Assembly (NCBI RefSeq): GCF_036321535.1
Contig: NC_087436.1
Span: forward strand, 70,496,001 to 70,560,000
Length of the DNA: 64,000 bases
Direction: 5' to 3'
From: Camelus dromedarius
Lineage: Eukaryota
The notes below the pieces were generated by a model. That model saw only the letters and a list, made by a program, of their open reading frames with translations. It was not told the origin of the DNA and made no database searches. Both the position numbers and the translations under genes were made by a program. Numbering within the stretch: the first letter of the stretch is position 1; each line of letters begins with the position of its first letter. Positions 1-14,400 of this stretch are shown one piece after another.

Positions 1-899
1 CATTTTTTTATTCTCAGAGGGCTCCTCTTTGGGAAGTCCTCTAATTTTTTTTTTTCCTTTTACCAGTCCAAATGGTTTATTTTGCCAACTTGACTTGCTC
101 AAGCTTTAAGATATTCCCAGTGTCTGATACTTTTGTATTTAAGGATGGGTTTGGCTGAAGATCCTGGGTCACCAGATAATCACCTTTGATATTCAGTAAA
201 CATCTCATATTCCAATTAAAACACATTGTTACTCATTGCATTGAAGCTTGGACCTGCAACTTGACACCTGCAATTGTGAGATGCTAAGAAAATTAAATTT
301 CGAATGCCCACGTTAAACTTGGTTTCTGAATTAATCCTATGGAGACACCACTGTTAAGGACAATGATCATGAAGAAATTACTTATAAACCTGTATTTTAT
401 GGTTAGTTATTTTCTGGCAAGTCAGTAAGTTATGCTGTCATATGCCTTTGACATATTTGACATGAGGTATCCAATTTGACATGAAGATCCTCTTAGAAAT
501 TACCATATTTTTTCCCCTGCATATCAGGGAGACTAGACAGATTGGTACCTGTCTATCTGGTGCGGTGCTACTTAAAACTGTTGCCCTCAGTTATATAGAA
601 GGGCATTTAACCCTGTGATTTTGGGGAAGCGATCAGGCTCTGGCACCAATATGAAGATGAAATCCTTATGGGAAAATTCACTGAGATGTCTGCCTCATAT
701 GCCATTGCTGTCTCTCGGGAGCAACCCCACACAGTTTCTGTTGTTCCGGGATCTAGGGTTTTTGAGTGACTTAGGTCTACATATCTACCACGTCCCATTG
801 ACCAGATTCTTGCATGGGCCTGGCATTCTATCAGGTGATGCTTAGAACTTCTGAAAAAAATCACACAGGTAAACAGAGTAACTTGATGAAAATCATCAC

Positions 900-1665
900 T
901 GATTTCTTCCTTGATGTCACCCCTGCCTCCCATCTGCACTCTATCAATGACTTCTGTTGGGCCTACTTCTAAAATATGTCTGACTCTTGTCTACTTTTTT
1001 GGTTTGGCTGCCACATTCTGGTCCAGGGAATCCTCATCTCTTGCTTAACATAACTGCAACAGCTTCCATTTTTCAAGTGTTTTCCCGCACAGAGGCCACA
1101 GTGGTCATCAGGAAGAGTGAGATGCGTCACGCCGTTCGTTCAGAACGTTCCTGATCTTTCTGTTGTCCTTAGAATAAAATCTCCGTCGGACATCAGGCCC
1201 ACTGTGTCTCACCCACCCTGCTTTGTGTTACTTGCTCCTTGCTCACTTTAATTCAGCCACACTGATTTTTCAGTGGCGCCCAACCCTTTTCTGCCTCAGG
1301 ACCTTTGCTCATGCAGTCCTGTCCTTTTGGAACCGTTGCTCATTCTTGTCCTGGTTAGCTGCTCTCTCCCTTTGTACTCCAGCTTTAAAGTTTCATCTCT
1401 TCAGAGAGGCCTCTCCCTACTACTCTAGCTAACGTAGGTTCTCCGGTGTTAGTCTTCCTCAGTTCTTACCTGTTTCCTTCCTAATGCATGTTCCTGTTTG
1501 GGATTTTGTTAGCCTACAGCTCTGTCTTGCACTGATGCTACGCTCCCTGAGAGTCAGAATCAGGCCTGTCTTGTTTACTGTGTTATCTCTGGCACCTCGC
1601 ACAGTGCATGGTACATAGTCTGTGCTTAATAACTGCTTATTGAAGAGCGATTGAGTTGATGGATC
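900..1665 (+). mobile_element. L2 LINE 3' fragment (L2a-like)
   Basis: Typical L2 3' motifs: 'cctcaggacctttgctcatgc', 'ctcttcagagaggcctctccct', 'gtcttgtttactgtgttatctctggcacctcgcacagtgcatggtacatag...cttaataactgcttattgaa'. Confidence 0.75.
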
Positions 1666-3584
1666 ACTACAGAGGAAGACGTAGGTGTTGCTTCTCTTGG
1701 CCTCACTATTTCCCACAGTATAGAGGAAGATCCAGCTGACTTCCTTGTTTTTAATCCTCACACATCACCTTTATATTTCCCTGCTCTGCCTTTTTTCCCT
1801 TGCCGTATGAAACCTGGCCCTAACATTTTTAATGATCCCACTTTGGAAAGTGCCTCGTTATTTTAACTATTGCTAAAGTGGTATTTCGGTCTGGGTGCAG
1901 GACCCCTGAGTGTGTTGAGTTGCTCGTCACCTGCAGGTGATTTGCAGGACACAGGGATTCATCACATATGTTTAAAAACGCTCACTCTTCCGGGAAGTCG
2001 GGCAGCTGAGCTTCAGAATCCATATTCAGGAGGCACAGAATGGAACAGTAAGGACAGCTGTAACAAGACAAAAGCCAGGCATCTTCCAGGTTTAGGGACG
2101 CCAGGAAGATGATATAATTCATGGGCGCATTTAACTCATAACGCAGGTGCTGTCTTCTTTTCTCCACGGCTCTGGTGTCGAGACAGGGCTTCTAAAAAGC
2201 GGGTCCATGTTTTGAATCTTACACATTTGGGGTTTTGGGGAGGAAGCCAGCTAGCTCGTTTCTTCTCCGAGCTCAGCCGCAGCTCCAAGGCCCAGCCTCA
2301 CCCATCTTCTCAGTGTGGTGTCCGAGCTGGTGTCCCAGTTGGGACACAGAGAGGACAACACGTGTGAGAAGCGTGGTGCAGGAGCCCCGGGGGGGAGGCT
2401 GGAAGAAGAGGGAAATGGAAGCACAAGCAGGAGGAGAGACAAGGGAGCGAGGAGGTGGCGTGGAGTGGGTGGTGGAGAGAAAGCTAGATTGTGCTCTTTC
2501 TTAAAAATAATCCTTCTGCCTCCCCCAGCGTGCACTTTTCTCCCCCCCTAAGTTAGCAGCTGCCATCCTCTGAGGGTGGCCCATTCTGGGTGGGAAGGTG
2601 GTCCTGGATGAGTTAGGCTCTGCAAACAGCAACATCAGTGGTTTTGACCACTGTGCTTTGCATTTTGTTAGTGTCCTGGGATGCTTCTGGGGGAGTCACA
2701 AGCCACCCTGAGACTGCAGAGACTCTGAAGATGTGTAAAATGTTAGGAAACAGAGCTACACACAGAACATCCTGTTCATCAGCATATCGGTCTGCTGTGT
2801 AATGTATCTCTTGACAAGCTTGAACGTGCATTGGCATGTGGAGGTGCTAACTGCCTCTCACACGCGTGTCTTGCCCGTTGTGGAATCATGTCACTGGTCT
2901 GCGTGTGCAGACACTCATTCAGTCCTGTGGGGTTCTTTTTTAGTCCTGGATGTGGACCAGAACTGATGGATTTGTGCTAGTGAACATTGTTCTGCGAGCC
3001 TGGAACAATGCATGCCCCTTGGTGATCCAGTTGCACTCAGGAAACTGAAGCAGAGAAATGGGCAGCTGCTTTTGTTTGGTGCTTCCGGGGAAATGAACAG
3101 AGTACCTTTTCTTAAGAGCCAAGATTATCTGGGGTTTTGTCGTTTGACTTCCCCTTTTCCCAGTGCTCACACCCCCGTGCCCTACCCCCACGTGACCCCA
3201 TTCTTCTGGGTGCATTTCTACTTTTTTTTGATTCTTAAATGTTTTGGGGCAAGACCCTTAATTCTGATATCATACAGTAAGATTTCTCTAATTTTCTTTA
3301 TGCTGTTTCGGTATCCCCCAGATGAACTCTTATGCAGGAGAGAAGGGAGTCTTTGAAGTGTGTGTGAAATGAGGTAGATTCTGTCCCTGTTAAGAAACAA
3401 AACACTTAAGAAATATACTGTCCCTTTCATCTTCTCTATTTTTCATCTTATATAAGTAGGAGGAAGTACTTTATCTTAAGGTCTGAAACCAAGGCTTTTG
3501 GTATTAAAAAAAATAATTGAAAACTTCAAGTTTTCCTTTTCAGAAGGGGCACTCGTGATGTAATTTTCCTGGAAAGGAAGCGTA

Positions 3585-3765
3585 TCATAGCGGTGAGGAG
3601 CACACATTCGTCTGGCTCGAATCCCAGCTCAGGCCAGCAGCGTGGCCTTGCAAGATACTCAACCTCTCTGTGCTCATTTCCTCACCTGTAAACAGGGAAT
3701 AATGATAGAACTCAATTCGTAGAACTCTTAAGTATCAAATGAGCAGTGCATCTGGTTAGCAGTGA
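3585..3765 (+). mobile_element. MIR SINE
   Basis: 'tcgaatcccagctc...gtggccttgcaagatactcaacctctctgtgctcatttcctcacctgtaaacagggaataatgatag' matches the MIR core. Confidence 0.8.
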
Positions 3766-6700
3766 CTATTTCGAGTTCCTCTGGACCCTTGTTTCTAGCT
3801 CATGTTTCCCGTCCATTGTACACAGGTAATGCCAAAGCTTCAGACTAAAACATTGTAGAGATTAATTCCCTGTGAACACTAATCACTATTGTTTAAGGTC
3901 TTCTGGCCATTTCTGTTCCAGATTCCCACCAGCTCTGCCTTTACTTTAACTATAAGCTTGGCTTCCGGCTCCCAGGGGCCTCTTTGGGAGAATGAACCCA
4001 AATTCAGTCTCTTAACTTGCCGGTGCTCCAGCCTGGATGCTGGCTGGCAGGGGAAAGGACCGCGGGGACCAGGCTTCCGGGGGCAGAGGTGGTAGCTACT
4101 GGGCTGCTGCTTGGTGTGGAATACTGCCACTAGTGGGTGGCTCTGCTTACCAAGTGTGCCCATGAGCTCAGTCAACGCTGGAATTCCCAGTTCTGGGCCC
4201 CTGCAAGCAAGTGGGCTGCTCCTCCTCTCACGAGAAGGATCTCTTTCTTTGCGTTTCTCAGGGAAATGAATCTGGTTAAGAGGAGCAGTTGGGTGGGGCG
4301 AGTCAGCAACTTGAAGGCAGTGCTGTGCAGAAAGGAGAAATGTCTGGCATCTGAGTGTTTTTGGTGGCCCGAGGGTGACCCAACAATGTTGTGTTCTGTG
4401 TGGTACAAATAATTGCTGTTATTCCTCTGTGACGCTGAGGCACACAGGAGGACTGTGTCATGGTGCTTCTGTCTTCTTTAGCTGCTTAACTGTATAAACC
4501 TCTCAGGGAAGCTGTGCATTTTTGAAATGCAGTTCTGTTGAAGTCACCTCGAAGTGGCCTCCAAGCAGCAGTCCTTTACACTATGGGAGGGCGTCACTTC
4601 TGGCTGCCTCCGGCGATTCTGTTACAATAGGTATTCCGTTTTCTCATGCCCCGAGGTGTCATGAATAGTGCGTGTATGTGTGTCATGGGAGAGTTGATGC
4701 TGCTTCTATTTATAGGGACTCATGAGTTCAGGAGGCCTCAGAGGGTTCCACAGGGCTCCAGGTGCCGGGGTGGAAAAGGGGGGAAAACCAGAGCAGTGTG
4801 TGGAATTTAAGATGTGAAATAGGCTCTAATGAGTTGAATGGAGTGTAAATGATTGCCACAGGCACTGCCACCCAAGCAGAAGGCAAGACACATCCTGTGG
4901 TTTGGGTTCAAGGTTACAAGATAAGAAGCTTGGGGGCCTGAGTGTGTTTGTGAGTTAGTGTGTGAGAAGGTGTGGGGTTGGAGTGCGCTGAAAGAATGAA
5001 GGATATTTTGGGGGGGACGGTCTTCTTGAAATGGTATTCTCTTTTGAAAGTTTCTTATATTGAAAAAACTAATTATTCAAGGACCATATGGGCTCTTAAT
5101 ACCAGGTATTTAGATTCAGGACTTTACGAGTTTGAACGGTTGATGCAGAAGTTGGGGTGAGAGACTGTCGGGGACCATGAATGTTCTCTGTAAATCAATT
5201 CTCTGGAATTCTTTTATGACTACAATCTGGAAGCAGGAATTGGGTTCTTTTAATAACTTTCCCATGGATGTGGAGTGTTCGTTGACTCTTCATCACGTTA
5301 TTGTAGAGGTGTTTTAAGCGTGGAGTCCCCGTTAGCCCGGTTACCTGTCAAAGCAAAATCTCAGTTATCCTTAAATCTTCCCTATTTTTTTCCTTCCATC
5401 GTCAGCCACTCACTGAGTCCTGTTGGTTTTCCTTCAAAGTGTCTCTTGTGGTGTGTCTGCCCTTTCCTTTGAACTCCTTAGGCCATAGCTTCTTGGATTT
5501 TCTGCCTTTAGGTTCTAACTTGAAATAGAAGGGAGTTATTTCAGACAGGGCTGTCATACATCTAAAATGTCACTTCCATCTAGCCTCTCTCAATTAAACA
5601 GACAAGGGAACGAAAAACCTTCAAATGCCCCTGATTAGTGAAAGCAGGTTCTCAACTTGGGGTCCTCAGACATTTAAAAGGAAACTGGAAATGTAATGGA
5701 GGTCCCTCTACTGTTTTCAATATTTTAAGTAGTTTAATGAAAATTATAGGTCTGTTCTGTTTTAGCAAGGTCTTTTATACCAGATCATAAGGACTTTCCT
5801 GGTTTCTGAACTCCGGTGTCAACTGTTATACATTATTTTACAAGTGCATTACATATTCCAGTGCTTAGACCTGTGAGCACCCACTAACCTCTTTCACTCA
5901 GTTGTGTGTGATCTCTCCAGCTGCATGGTTAGAGCCATGGGCAGGACCAATATCTCATCCTGATTTTGAGTCGTGTTCTTTGAGTGGATACACAAATAAA
6001 ATGTCCAGAAATTACCCATTAGGTTAAAATATGCTGTTCTGTCTGAGGAAATAAAACCAGAAGAGGAAAAGTTTATGTAATTATTTAGTATTAACAATTA
6101 CCTTGGTTTAAAAAAATGCTATCCCCCAACCTTTTAAATCTTATTGAAATGTAATTAAAATAGAAATCACCAGAGTTATACAACAGGGTGGGTTGAATAA
6201 TGGTGAAACGGAAAGAGAGAAGGCCAGGAAAATGATTTTTCTCCTGCTCTGTAGTTCTGTCGTAACTTTGTTTTGCAGTGACTAGCTAGCATGTAATAAA
6301 AATAGAAATTGTTCATGTTTTCAAAACAGAAATAAAAGTGCTACCCTGCATGTGCTTCTTATGAGAAGATACTGAAATGCATGAAAATATGTAGGTCAAT
6401 GCAAGAATGCAAAATATCATTAAGGTGGCATTTCACTGAAGAACCACATTAGCATGGTGAGTTGGAATAAGCCCGTCTCTGCATGAGACTGTTTATTTGG
6501 GGTTCATATTCCACTGTGCTGAGTGAGGATGGCATGTAAAAGAGGCTACTGTGATAGTGGCATTTGTTAATCACCGAATGTCACCAAGGCTGTTTGTGGA
6601 GTGTCTTACCTAGAGAATTTTAGGAATTGTTTATGTATGTTTATCATGGATAAACAGATTAACGCACGTTGCTGCAGAGATGAACTTAGGTGACCTTTGT

Positions 6701-9379
6701 ACATCCTTCTCAGAACTATGTAATGATTGTGACACAAGAACATATCTGAATTTGTTGTTGTTGTTGTTCTTTTGCTGTTTGCCAATTAAGCAGAATTCCA
6801 TTTTCTAAAAAAGCAGGTTGTCCTCAGTACCCGTAGAAGCCACTTCTGGTAATGATGTACACTTGTGACCCAGCAATTTGCATTAAAATTATCCTTTATC
6901 AGTCACCAAAATTTTACCACAAAGGCCACAAGAGAAGCAATTACATTTAACTGATTCTGCTTCATTTATAAGGTGTTGGGAAGGAATAACTTAGGTGTGA
7001 TGGAAAGTGTGGCTTCTGAATGCAAATTCACAATAAACATGTGGACCCCGTGGCTAGCTGTGTTCATTCAAAACTGCAGTTGTTTTCAGCCGGAAATTGG
7101 GTGATTTCTCTTACCAAGTCATGGGAATAGCAATTTCTATAACAAGAAATTCATGGCAGAGTCATCCAACATCCAGAACACTTGCATGAGCAACTAGAAA
7201 ATCCTAAGTCAGTTCTTTGTCTGACTCCGTTTTGTTACTTTTTGTGTAACTGCTAAATTTTGCAAACAAACAAAAGCCAAGGAAACAAACAAGCAAAAAC
7301 TTTCAAAAAGATTTTCAGATTATTTTTTTTATTGATGTCCACACCCAGAAACAGCTAATTCTTTCTCTCGTTCCTCCAATTCTTAAATATAGATTTTGAG
7401 CAAAAGGTACTGTGGGTTAGGACTGAACGCAGATAACTGATACTCCACTGGCCACTCATTTAGATCAAATACTGATCAGGTTTTTGGAAGTGTGTGTGAG
7501 GTGTGTGGCTTGAGGAAACTTTCTGAGCTATGATTTGCATGCTGAAGCTGATCTTGGAAGGTTTATAGATTTTTTTCCCGTATGAAATGGACTGGAAACA
7601 TGTTTTTGTCATGTTCTCTTTAAGCTCCTTTTATTCCTAAATAAATAATAATAAATAATAAGTAAATAAAATAAAAAATTGTTTATTATTTTGTGATTCT
7701 CTCTGACATTTGTAGAAACATTTAAGTGGTGAATATAATGGGATAAATTTGAGGATCTGCTTGGCATGTTTTTATAGTAGAAGTGATGGAGATGCTTTCC
7801 TTTTCTGGCCGGTGGGGAGAATGTGTTTAAGAGTGGGAGTGGGGAGCCCTTATTTCAATAGAAGGCTCATACTAGTTTGGTGAAAAAGAAACCAATCAGG
7901 GGCAATGTACAAGAAGGAAAGTCAACCTGAAACATGTATTTATTTTAAATAACAATTGATTTTTTAAAATGTCATTGAGCTCTCTATTTTGGCCAGTCCT
8001 GGGGATAGAGAAAGAAAGCACATGAATGGGATTGCAGGTCAGGAGAGAGAGGAGATGACAAGTTCTGAAAAAGAGAGGACACGGAGGGACCCCGACTATC
8101 GAGAAAGACAGTGAGACCAAAGAACAGAAAAGTTACCGAGTGAGTGGCCGAGGCTAGCATCTCACCTCTCCAGATGGAGCCCCAGTACGTAGCAGGACCA
8201 GGTCTGGACAAGCTCTCCTCAAGCCAGTTTCGAGTGGCCTCTCCCTGTCTTATCTTTAATTCCCCAGGGATAGTTTTCCCACCATGATTATGAAATGATT
8301 ACAGTGATTCTCTAACTAGCTGCCTTTCATTCTTAGTTTACATTACCTCTTTCTGTTGGTTTTAGAGTCGTCTCTCAGCGATGTTCCTTCTCTAAGGAAC
8401 ATGGGTCTTGTCTTAGAACTACACTAGTCCTTTTCTTAATGCTTGCTTGTTATTTTTTTTTTTAAATTCCAGAACACTCTGGTATAAAAAACCTTATTTA
8501 GCATTCTAAAAAAATTCTTTAAAATATTCTCTAGTCTTCTAGCAGGTCACTTAATATCATGGCATTACAATTTATACTCCTTATAGGAGAATACCCCCAG
8601 GATTTGTTCAGCCTCCAGACGAAGCTGGAGGAAGGTATCTTCTTTCTACAGAGGCTAACCCTGGGTGTCCACACCAAATCCAAGACTGGTCCCTTAGTAA
8701 TCTGTCTGATGACAGTGGAAATTCATAGTGAGGCAATGGGACTTTTTTGGAAGACAGCTGGATCTAGAGGAACTTTTGTAAGCAATGAACCATTCTTTAA
8801 TTGAAACCACTGGATGTGGTTAGTAGTTTACTTTAAAAACACCGTATGTTAGTTCATTCTTATATACTGTGACAATCATAGTTTAATCAAGAGCTGCTTG
8901 TGACTTTTCTGTTTAGTGCTCATAAAAGAGTGGCTCCCTTCCTTGAAATCCTGATCTCTGTACCAAATGCCAACACAGTCACAACTACAGTTTGGCGTTT
9001 CGGCAATTGTGCAGCTTTTGGCGTATGTGGTAGGTTTTTATTTATTTTTGTCACTTTCACTAATTGGTTATATTCTTAAATGAGAAAGTGTTTTCTCAGC
9101 CTTTTGTTGGGTCAGCAGTGACTTTTCCTCCTTTCTCCACAGTTCCCTTGAGAGGAAATCAGCTAATGTAACTGCTTTTTGACTCTCCTTCTTGGCCAGA
9201 AAGCCAAGCGAATACATGATCTCATTGAGACATGATCTATTTGTATGAACCATAAGCTTGTAAGCTTGTCATCATCCTTCATGGCTCTGGGGCAGGCGCC
9301 CCCGTGAGCCACCACAACAGGGTGAGGAAGGAGATGCAGCCAGATCCCCGAGCCTTCAGTGCAGTGCAGTGCAAGTCAG

Positions 9380-9715
9380 CTCAGTCCAGTCGATCTTGAT
9401 CCAGTCCAAGAATTATTTAGGGAGCCCTTCTTCTTTTCTTCTTTTTGGGCATCGACCTGGGCACTGGGCCTACAGAGATGAAAACTTCATAAAGAAACCT
9501 GACAGTTTAGTGAAGAACATGACACTGATCAGACACACTGCAGAGGCTGTGATCATCGCTGTGGTGGAGTTATGCACAAGGTGGTGAGAGCATCAGGGAA
9601 GATGCCTGGGTTTGGCAGAGGGAAGGGAGGAAGGCCTCACAGAGGAAGGAACATGTGAGTTGAGTCTTGGAGGAGCAGGACTGTGTCAGGAGGTGGGGGA
9701 GCAAGGTGAGGAGTG
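9380..9715 (-). mobile_element. L2 fragment
   Basis: 'ggaaggcctcacagaggaaggaacatgtgagttgagtcttggagga' and 'ctgggcactgggcctacagagatgaa' are reverse-orientation L2 3' motifs. Confidence 0.6.
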
Positions 9716-10399
9716 GGTTAGGTTTCTCTGCCCCTTCATTCAGGAATGGACCAACATGGGAAAAGACCAAGCTGAGGGGCTTCTGCCAAAACACTCCTTC
9801 CCCCTTAAGAAGGAAACAATGTGGTCATTTTCTTTCTGTACTTAAGCCCATAAAAGTCCATTTTAGGAGGCTTTCCTTGGTAATCTGCCTAATATCTAGT
9901 CTCTTCTGTATTCTCAGAACCTCAGTTTTGTTCATGATCACAATGTGGCAGCTAAAAACCTTGATTTCCCGGGTTCCCTTGTGGCTCGGGGTGGCCATGG
10001 GACCTAGTCTTGACCAGTGAGATGTAAGCTTCTGTGTCCTGGGTGGTACTGTGTGGAGAAATGCATTGTTTCCTATGGAAATGGATAGGTGGCTGACACA
10101 TATTTTAATGAGTATTGGTGAATGACTATTTCAGTTCCATTATTTACACCATAAACAATAAAAAGCAGCCATGTGTTTTTACGTTCAGTAAGTAAAACCT
10201 GGGCTCCCTTACCTTTGTCATTCTCCCTGGGGAGCCTGCACAGCACCTCACATTTTCTAGGTTGGTCTGTTTGTGTGTCTACCTGTTCCTTCACTCTCTC
10301 CTTACAGAGGAGAGCTAGGAGAAGTAGTAAGAATAAATCTGTGGATAAGGTGCCTTGACTTTTGTTGATAAAATGTTGCTGATAACAATAGTAATAAAT

Positions 10400-10620
10400 A
10401 TTTATTGGATATAAGCTTTGGTCTAGTCTGCAGGTACCTAAAAAGTTGTCATCTTAGTTTTCCTTATCAAAGCCCTCTGAGGTTACTATCCTCTTTTTTC
10501 AGGGTTAAGGACATGGAAGCTTGCAGAACTGAGTGACTCACCTGACAGTACATGGTTGGCAGGTGGCATTGCTGGAACCCTGGGGTCTGACACTAGGCAA
10601 AGACTTTCAACCATTGTCCT
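10400..10620 (-). mobile_element. MIR SINE (degenerate)
   Basis: 'ccctctgaggttactatcctcttttttcagggttaaggacatggaagcttgcagaactgagtgactcacctga...' follows the reverse MIR core pattern. Confidence 0.55.
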
Positions 10621-11399
10621 TGAATGATTAGGAAACAGTTTGGATCTGTTTTTGGCTTTTTCACAGCTTCTAGCATTCACCTGCTAGAGTGAATGAAATT
10701 TCAAAAACATTGTACACATCCAGATTCAATTTATATTGTCAATATTGATTCTTTATTATTCCTTCATGACCAAGTGATAAAGAACTTAAGCAAAATAGAT
10801 GAAGAAGCCTTTCCTTTTCACCCCTGAAATCCTACATGTTTAATCCAGAAATCTTAGCTTAGAATCAGAATTCATATTGTGCATCTTTTTATGACTGATT
10901 TTCTAAGGAATTGCATTTATTATTTGAGAAAGTACATAAAACAAACTACAACTTAGGTAGCTAAACCTGACGAGGTGAAACGGGCGCTCTGAATAGATTT
11001 TGCTGTTGGCAGTTAGGTTTCCTCTCTGGGTGAAGTGTCAGGAAGCTCATCTGTTATCAGTCACTGGATCAATTTATTGTTATCTGTTTATCTTACGTTG
11101 AAACCTGTTGTCTGTCAAATTGATCAGTTGACCATTCTTTCTTTAGTTCTTTAAATTTTTTTTTTAATTTTAAAGTTTTAAAATTTGGTCAGTTATCTTG
11201 GTTGCATGTTTTGAAAATATTTTGATTTCAAGTGACTATATTATAAAATGTCACTCAACTTTCCTGTTCTAGGAAATCCTTAGCCCTCCAGTCTGTGCCT
11301 TCTGAGCAAGTGAAGTCATAGAAAAGTTATTCAGTACTGAGAACTCCAGGGAGAGTCAGTAGACCCCAGGATCACATCAGTATCAGGAAGGATGAAATG

Positions 11400-12180
11400 C
11401 CTCATTTATCCATTCATCCCTTCACCCAGAATGCTTACTGAAGGTCTACTGTATACTAAGCATGGTGCTAGATGCTGAAGACATGATGGTGACCAAAATT
11501 AGAGACACTTTCTAACCTTAGAGAGCTTATAGTCTGTTTGAAGACACTTACTAATCAAATACTGTACAAATAGATGTTATTTTTTATTGAAATATAGTCA
11601 GTTTACAATGTATCAATTTCTGGTGTGCAGCATAATGTTTTAGTTATACGTATACCTACATATATTCCTTTTCATATTCTTTTTCGTTACAAGCTATTAC
11701 AAGGTATTGAATATAGTTCCCTGTGTTATACAGTAGGACCTTGTTTATCTATTTTCTATGTAGTAGTTAGTTTCTGCAAATTCTGGACTCCCAATTTATC
11801 CCTCCCTACCCCCTTTCCCTCCCGGTAACCATAAGGTTGTTTTCTGTATCTGTGAGTCTATTTCTGTTTTATAAATACGTTTGTTTGTGCCATTTTCTTA
11901 GATTCCACATGTAGTATACTAATAACTGTTCAATTGCACTTATGGCAAGTGCTCTGATGGAGTGTGGCCCATGGTGCTGTAAAATCTGATAGTAGTGGGA
12001 TTAGGGAGGTCAGGAAATGACTTCTCTGAGAAAGTCATACTTGAGTTGCGATCTGAAGGATGAGCAAGAAGAAAAATTGGTGAAGGCTGAAGAGAAGAAC
12101 ACTGTGGGTAGAAAGGAGAGCACAAACGAGGCTCTGTGCTGGGAGGAGGCACAGTGTGCAGAAGCACTGTTGTTTAAGAC
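11400..12180 (-). mobile_element. L2 fragment interrupted by an L1 insertion (about 11578-11914)
   Basis: The L2 tail 'cattcatcccttcacccagaatgcttactgaaggtctactgtatactaagcatggtgctagatgctgaag' resumes after the L1 with 'ggtcaggaaatgacttctctgagaaagtcatacttgagttgcgatctgaaggatgag'. Confidence 0.7.
11578..11914 (-). mobile_element. 5'-truncated L1 3' end (cetartiodactyl/camelid type)
   Basis: 'ttttattgaaatatagtcagtttacaatg...tattgaatatagttccctgtgttatacagtagg...tgtgagtctatttctgttttataaa...tagattccacat'. Homologous to copies at 25158, 43342 and 62095 in this window. Confidence 0.85.
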
Positions 12181-14209
12181 GTGCCGTGAGCTCCGCCTGA
12201 GTATGGGGATGCCTCACTGAGAAAAGTTCCATATAGAAAATAATTCTGTTTTCTTTGACTAATATTTGAGAAAATAAAAGGCACCAATTTCAGGTTAATA
12301 ATCAAGCATACGGAACACCAAATGCACAAGTTAAAGCATCAGTTTTTTATCTGAGTTTAGATAGAACGTTTTGCTTTCCGATGTCCTTTTCTTCCCCCCA
12401 ATGCTGTTTTTCTACTGAATCACCTCTGAACTTCTGTTTACATGCTGTTACTTTCTTTTCCACAAATATTGCTTCCTACTGTATCTGTGTGTCAAATAAA
12501 GCATTTGTTTTTGAGCTACTGGTGAGTCTCAGCGAAAGCTTTTGGCCTTGGCAGGAGAGGTGCGTTCCTACCTTCTCTAGTGGCTCCACGACTGTTTTGA
12601 GGCAGTACCCTCCTGGCAGTCACGACTGTCCCTGAGGACACCAGTTCTACAGTTCAGAGTGTAGAGGAGTGGAGGAGCCAACCCTTCTGGGGGCTGTTTC
12701 AGGAGCATTGACTTTAAACTATGTGCACGCCTTTTCTATCTGTGACTCACATGATGTGGGGAGGAGGAGGAGGATTGAATAACAGGGTCAAGAGGATGCA
12801 AAACCTCAGCCCTGCTTCTGCTTACTCAATAATTTCCTTCCAGAACGACTTTACATGTCTCACCAGAGCGTGGAATGGTTGGTATCTTACCATGGCGATT
12901 TATACCGTGGTTGTCGTTCGGTAGCCTGTTCTGTCATAGCCAGGGCAGGAAGAGAAGTTTCTGATGCAAAGGGAGATTTTGTTTGGCCAGAGGAATTTTG
13001 AAACCTTTATGTGCTAAGGAAGTACATCAGTGTATTTTTGTTCACTGTACTTTCAAAGTCTATGATCAGGAAATGTGTGTTTTCCCTAAAAAAGAAATGA
13101 GAAAAGGTCCCAGGAGGGCTTCATTGACTGTAGCAAACTATATTTTTTATGGCACTTTTCATATTTTTGCACTTTGCTTTTTCTTCCTTTGCTCCAAGTT
13201 GCATTTTCCCATCAAAGTTATTTTAGATGGCATTGAAAGTTCTCCCTGGGCCCTTTGTGCACAGTTCAAAGGGCATTGGGAGAGCTGACTAAGCCGAGCT
13301 GACTCTATATGTTGCAAAATGTTTTATTTTTCTGTAGCACGATATCACTTGATAGAGGCTTTTATACCACTGCACAATTGTTCCATAACCCTCGGTGCAA
13401 TTAGAGCAAGCGTGATTTCTATTTTAGGAACACAAATCAGAGCTTCCCACAGGCTGACAGCTTGCCGGAGGTCACACATCCTGCATTGCAGGAGTCAGGT
13501 TTAGGACAAGGTCTTCGGCCCCCTGGTCTGGCTCTCTTTGTACAGCCTCATGAAGCTCAGTGCTGGAGCGGCTGGCTGAGGATGAGGAGCATTTGATCGG
13601 TACCGTCAAGTCCCAGAGGGTTCTCTTTATTCATTTCTCCAAAGCTTGGGGTATTCAAAATTAGAAAACGACAGCTATGAATAGTCGTTTTCCACTTGAT
13701 TGGTCTAAAGTCAACTGAGAAAACGCCTTTGAAAGTGGGTTGCCTTGGAAATGGATGAGCAGAGCCGGAGAATAGCTTTTTCTGTCTTTGAAATTCCAGC
13801 AGTTTAGGTGACAGTCGTGTCTTTCTGAAGGGCGTGGGCAGACCCTGAACGGGCTTTTCCCGTTGCTCGTCAGCCTGGCCGTCGTCGCTCTTAGCACCAA
13901 AGTCTCTCATCTTCACAGATGCCTTTTAAAAATCTTTGGTGGCTGTTTCTTTCCTAAGTTCAGAATGTGAAGAAGTAACTTCTTTTTAAAAAGTGTGGCT
14001 TGTCTTCACTTAGAAGTCCTTGGTGTTAGGAGACGCACGCCGACCTGGATGGGAACCTGTCCATCTGTCTAGTACTTTCAACTTTGTAAAGGGCTGTCAC
14101 CTCCATGAGTAGGCTTGATTCTTGTAACAACCTCGTGAGAAATCTGCTGCCTGTTTTGTCATTCCCTTCTTTTGCAAAGGAAGGAAAGCAAGACTTACAA
14201 GAGCAACAT

Positions 14210-14400
14210 TACACAGTGGTGAAGACCACGGGCTTGGAATCGGAGTCTGAGTTCAGATCCCAGGGGCCTTATTTATCAGCAGTTTGATGCTGGGCAAATC
14301 ACTTGACTTTTCTGTCTCAGCTCTTATAATCTACACAATAAGGTGAGAAAGTACCCACCTCACTGAATTGATCTGAGAGTTAAGTGAGTTATGAGGCCTT
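14210..14400 (+). mobile_element. MIR SINE
   Basis: 'acagtggtgaagaccacgggcttggaatcggagtctgagttcagatccc...ctgggcaaatcacttgacttttctgtctcag'. Confidence 0.75.
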
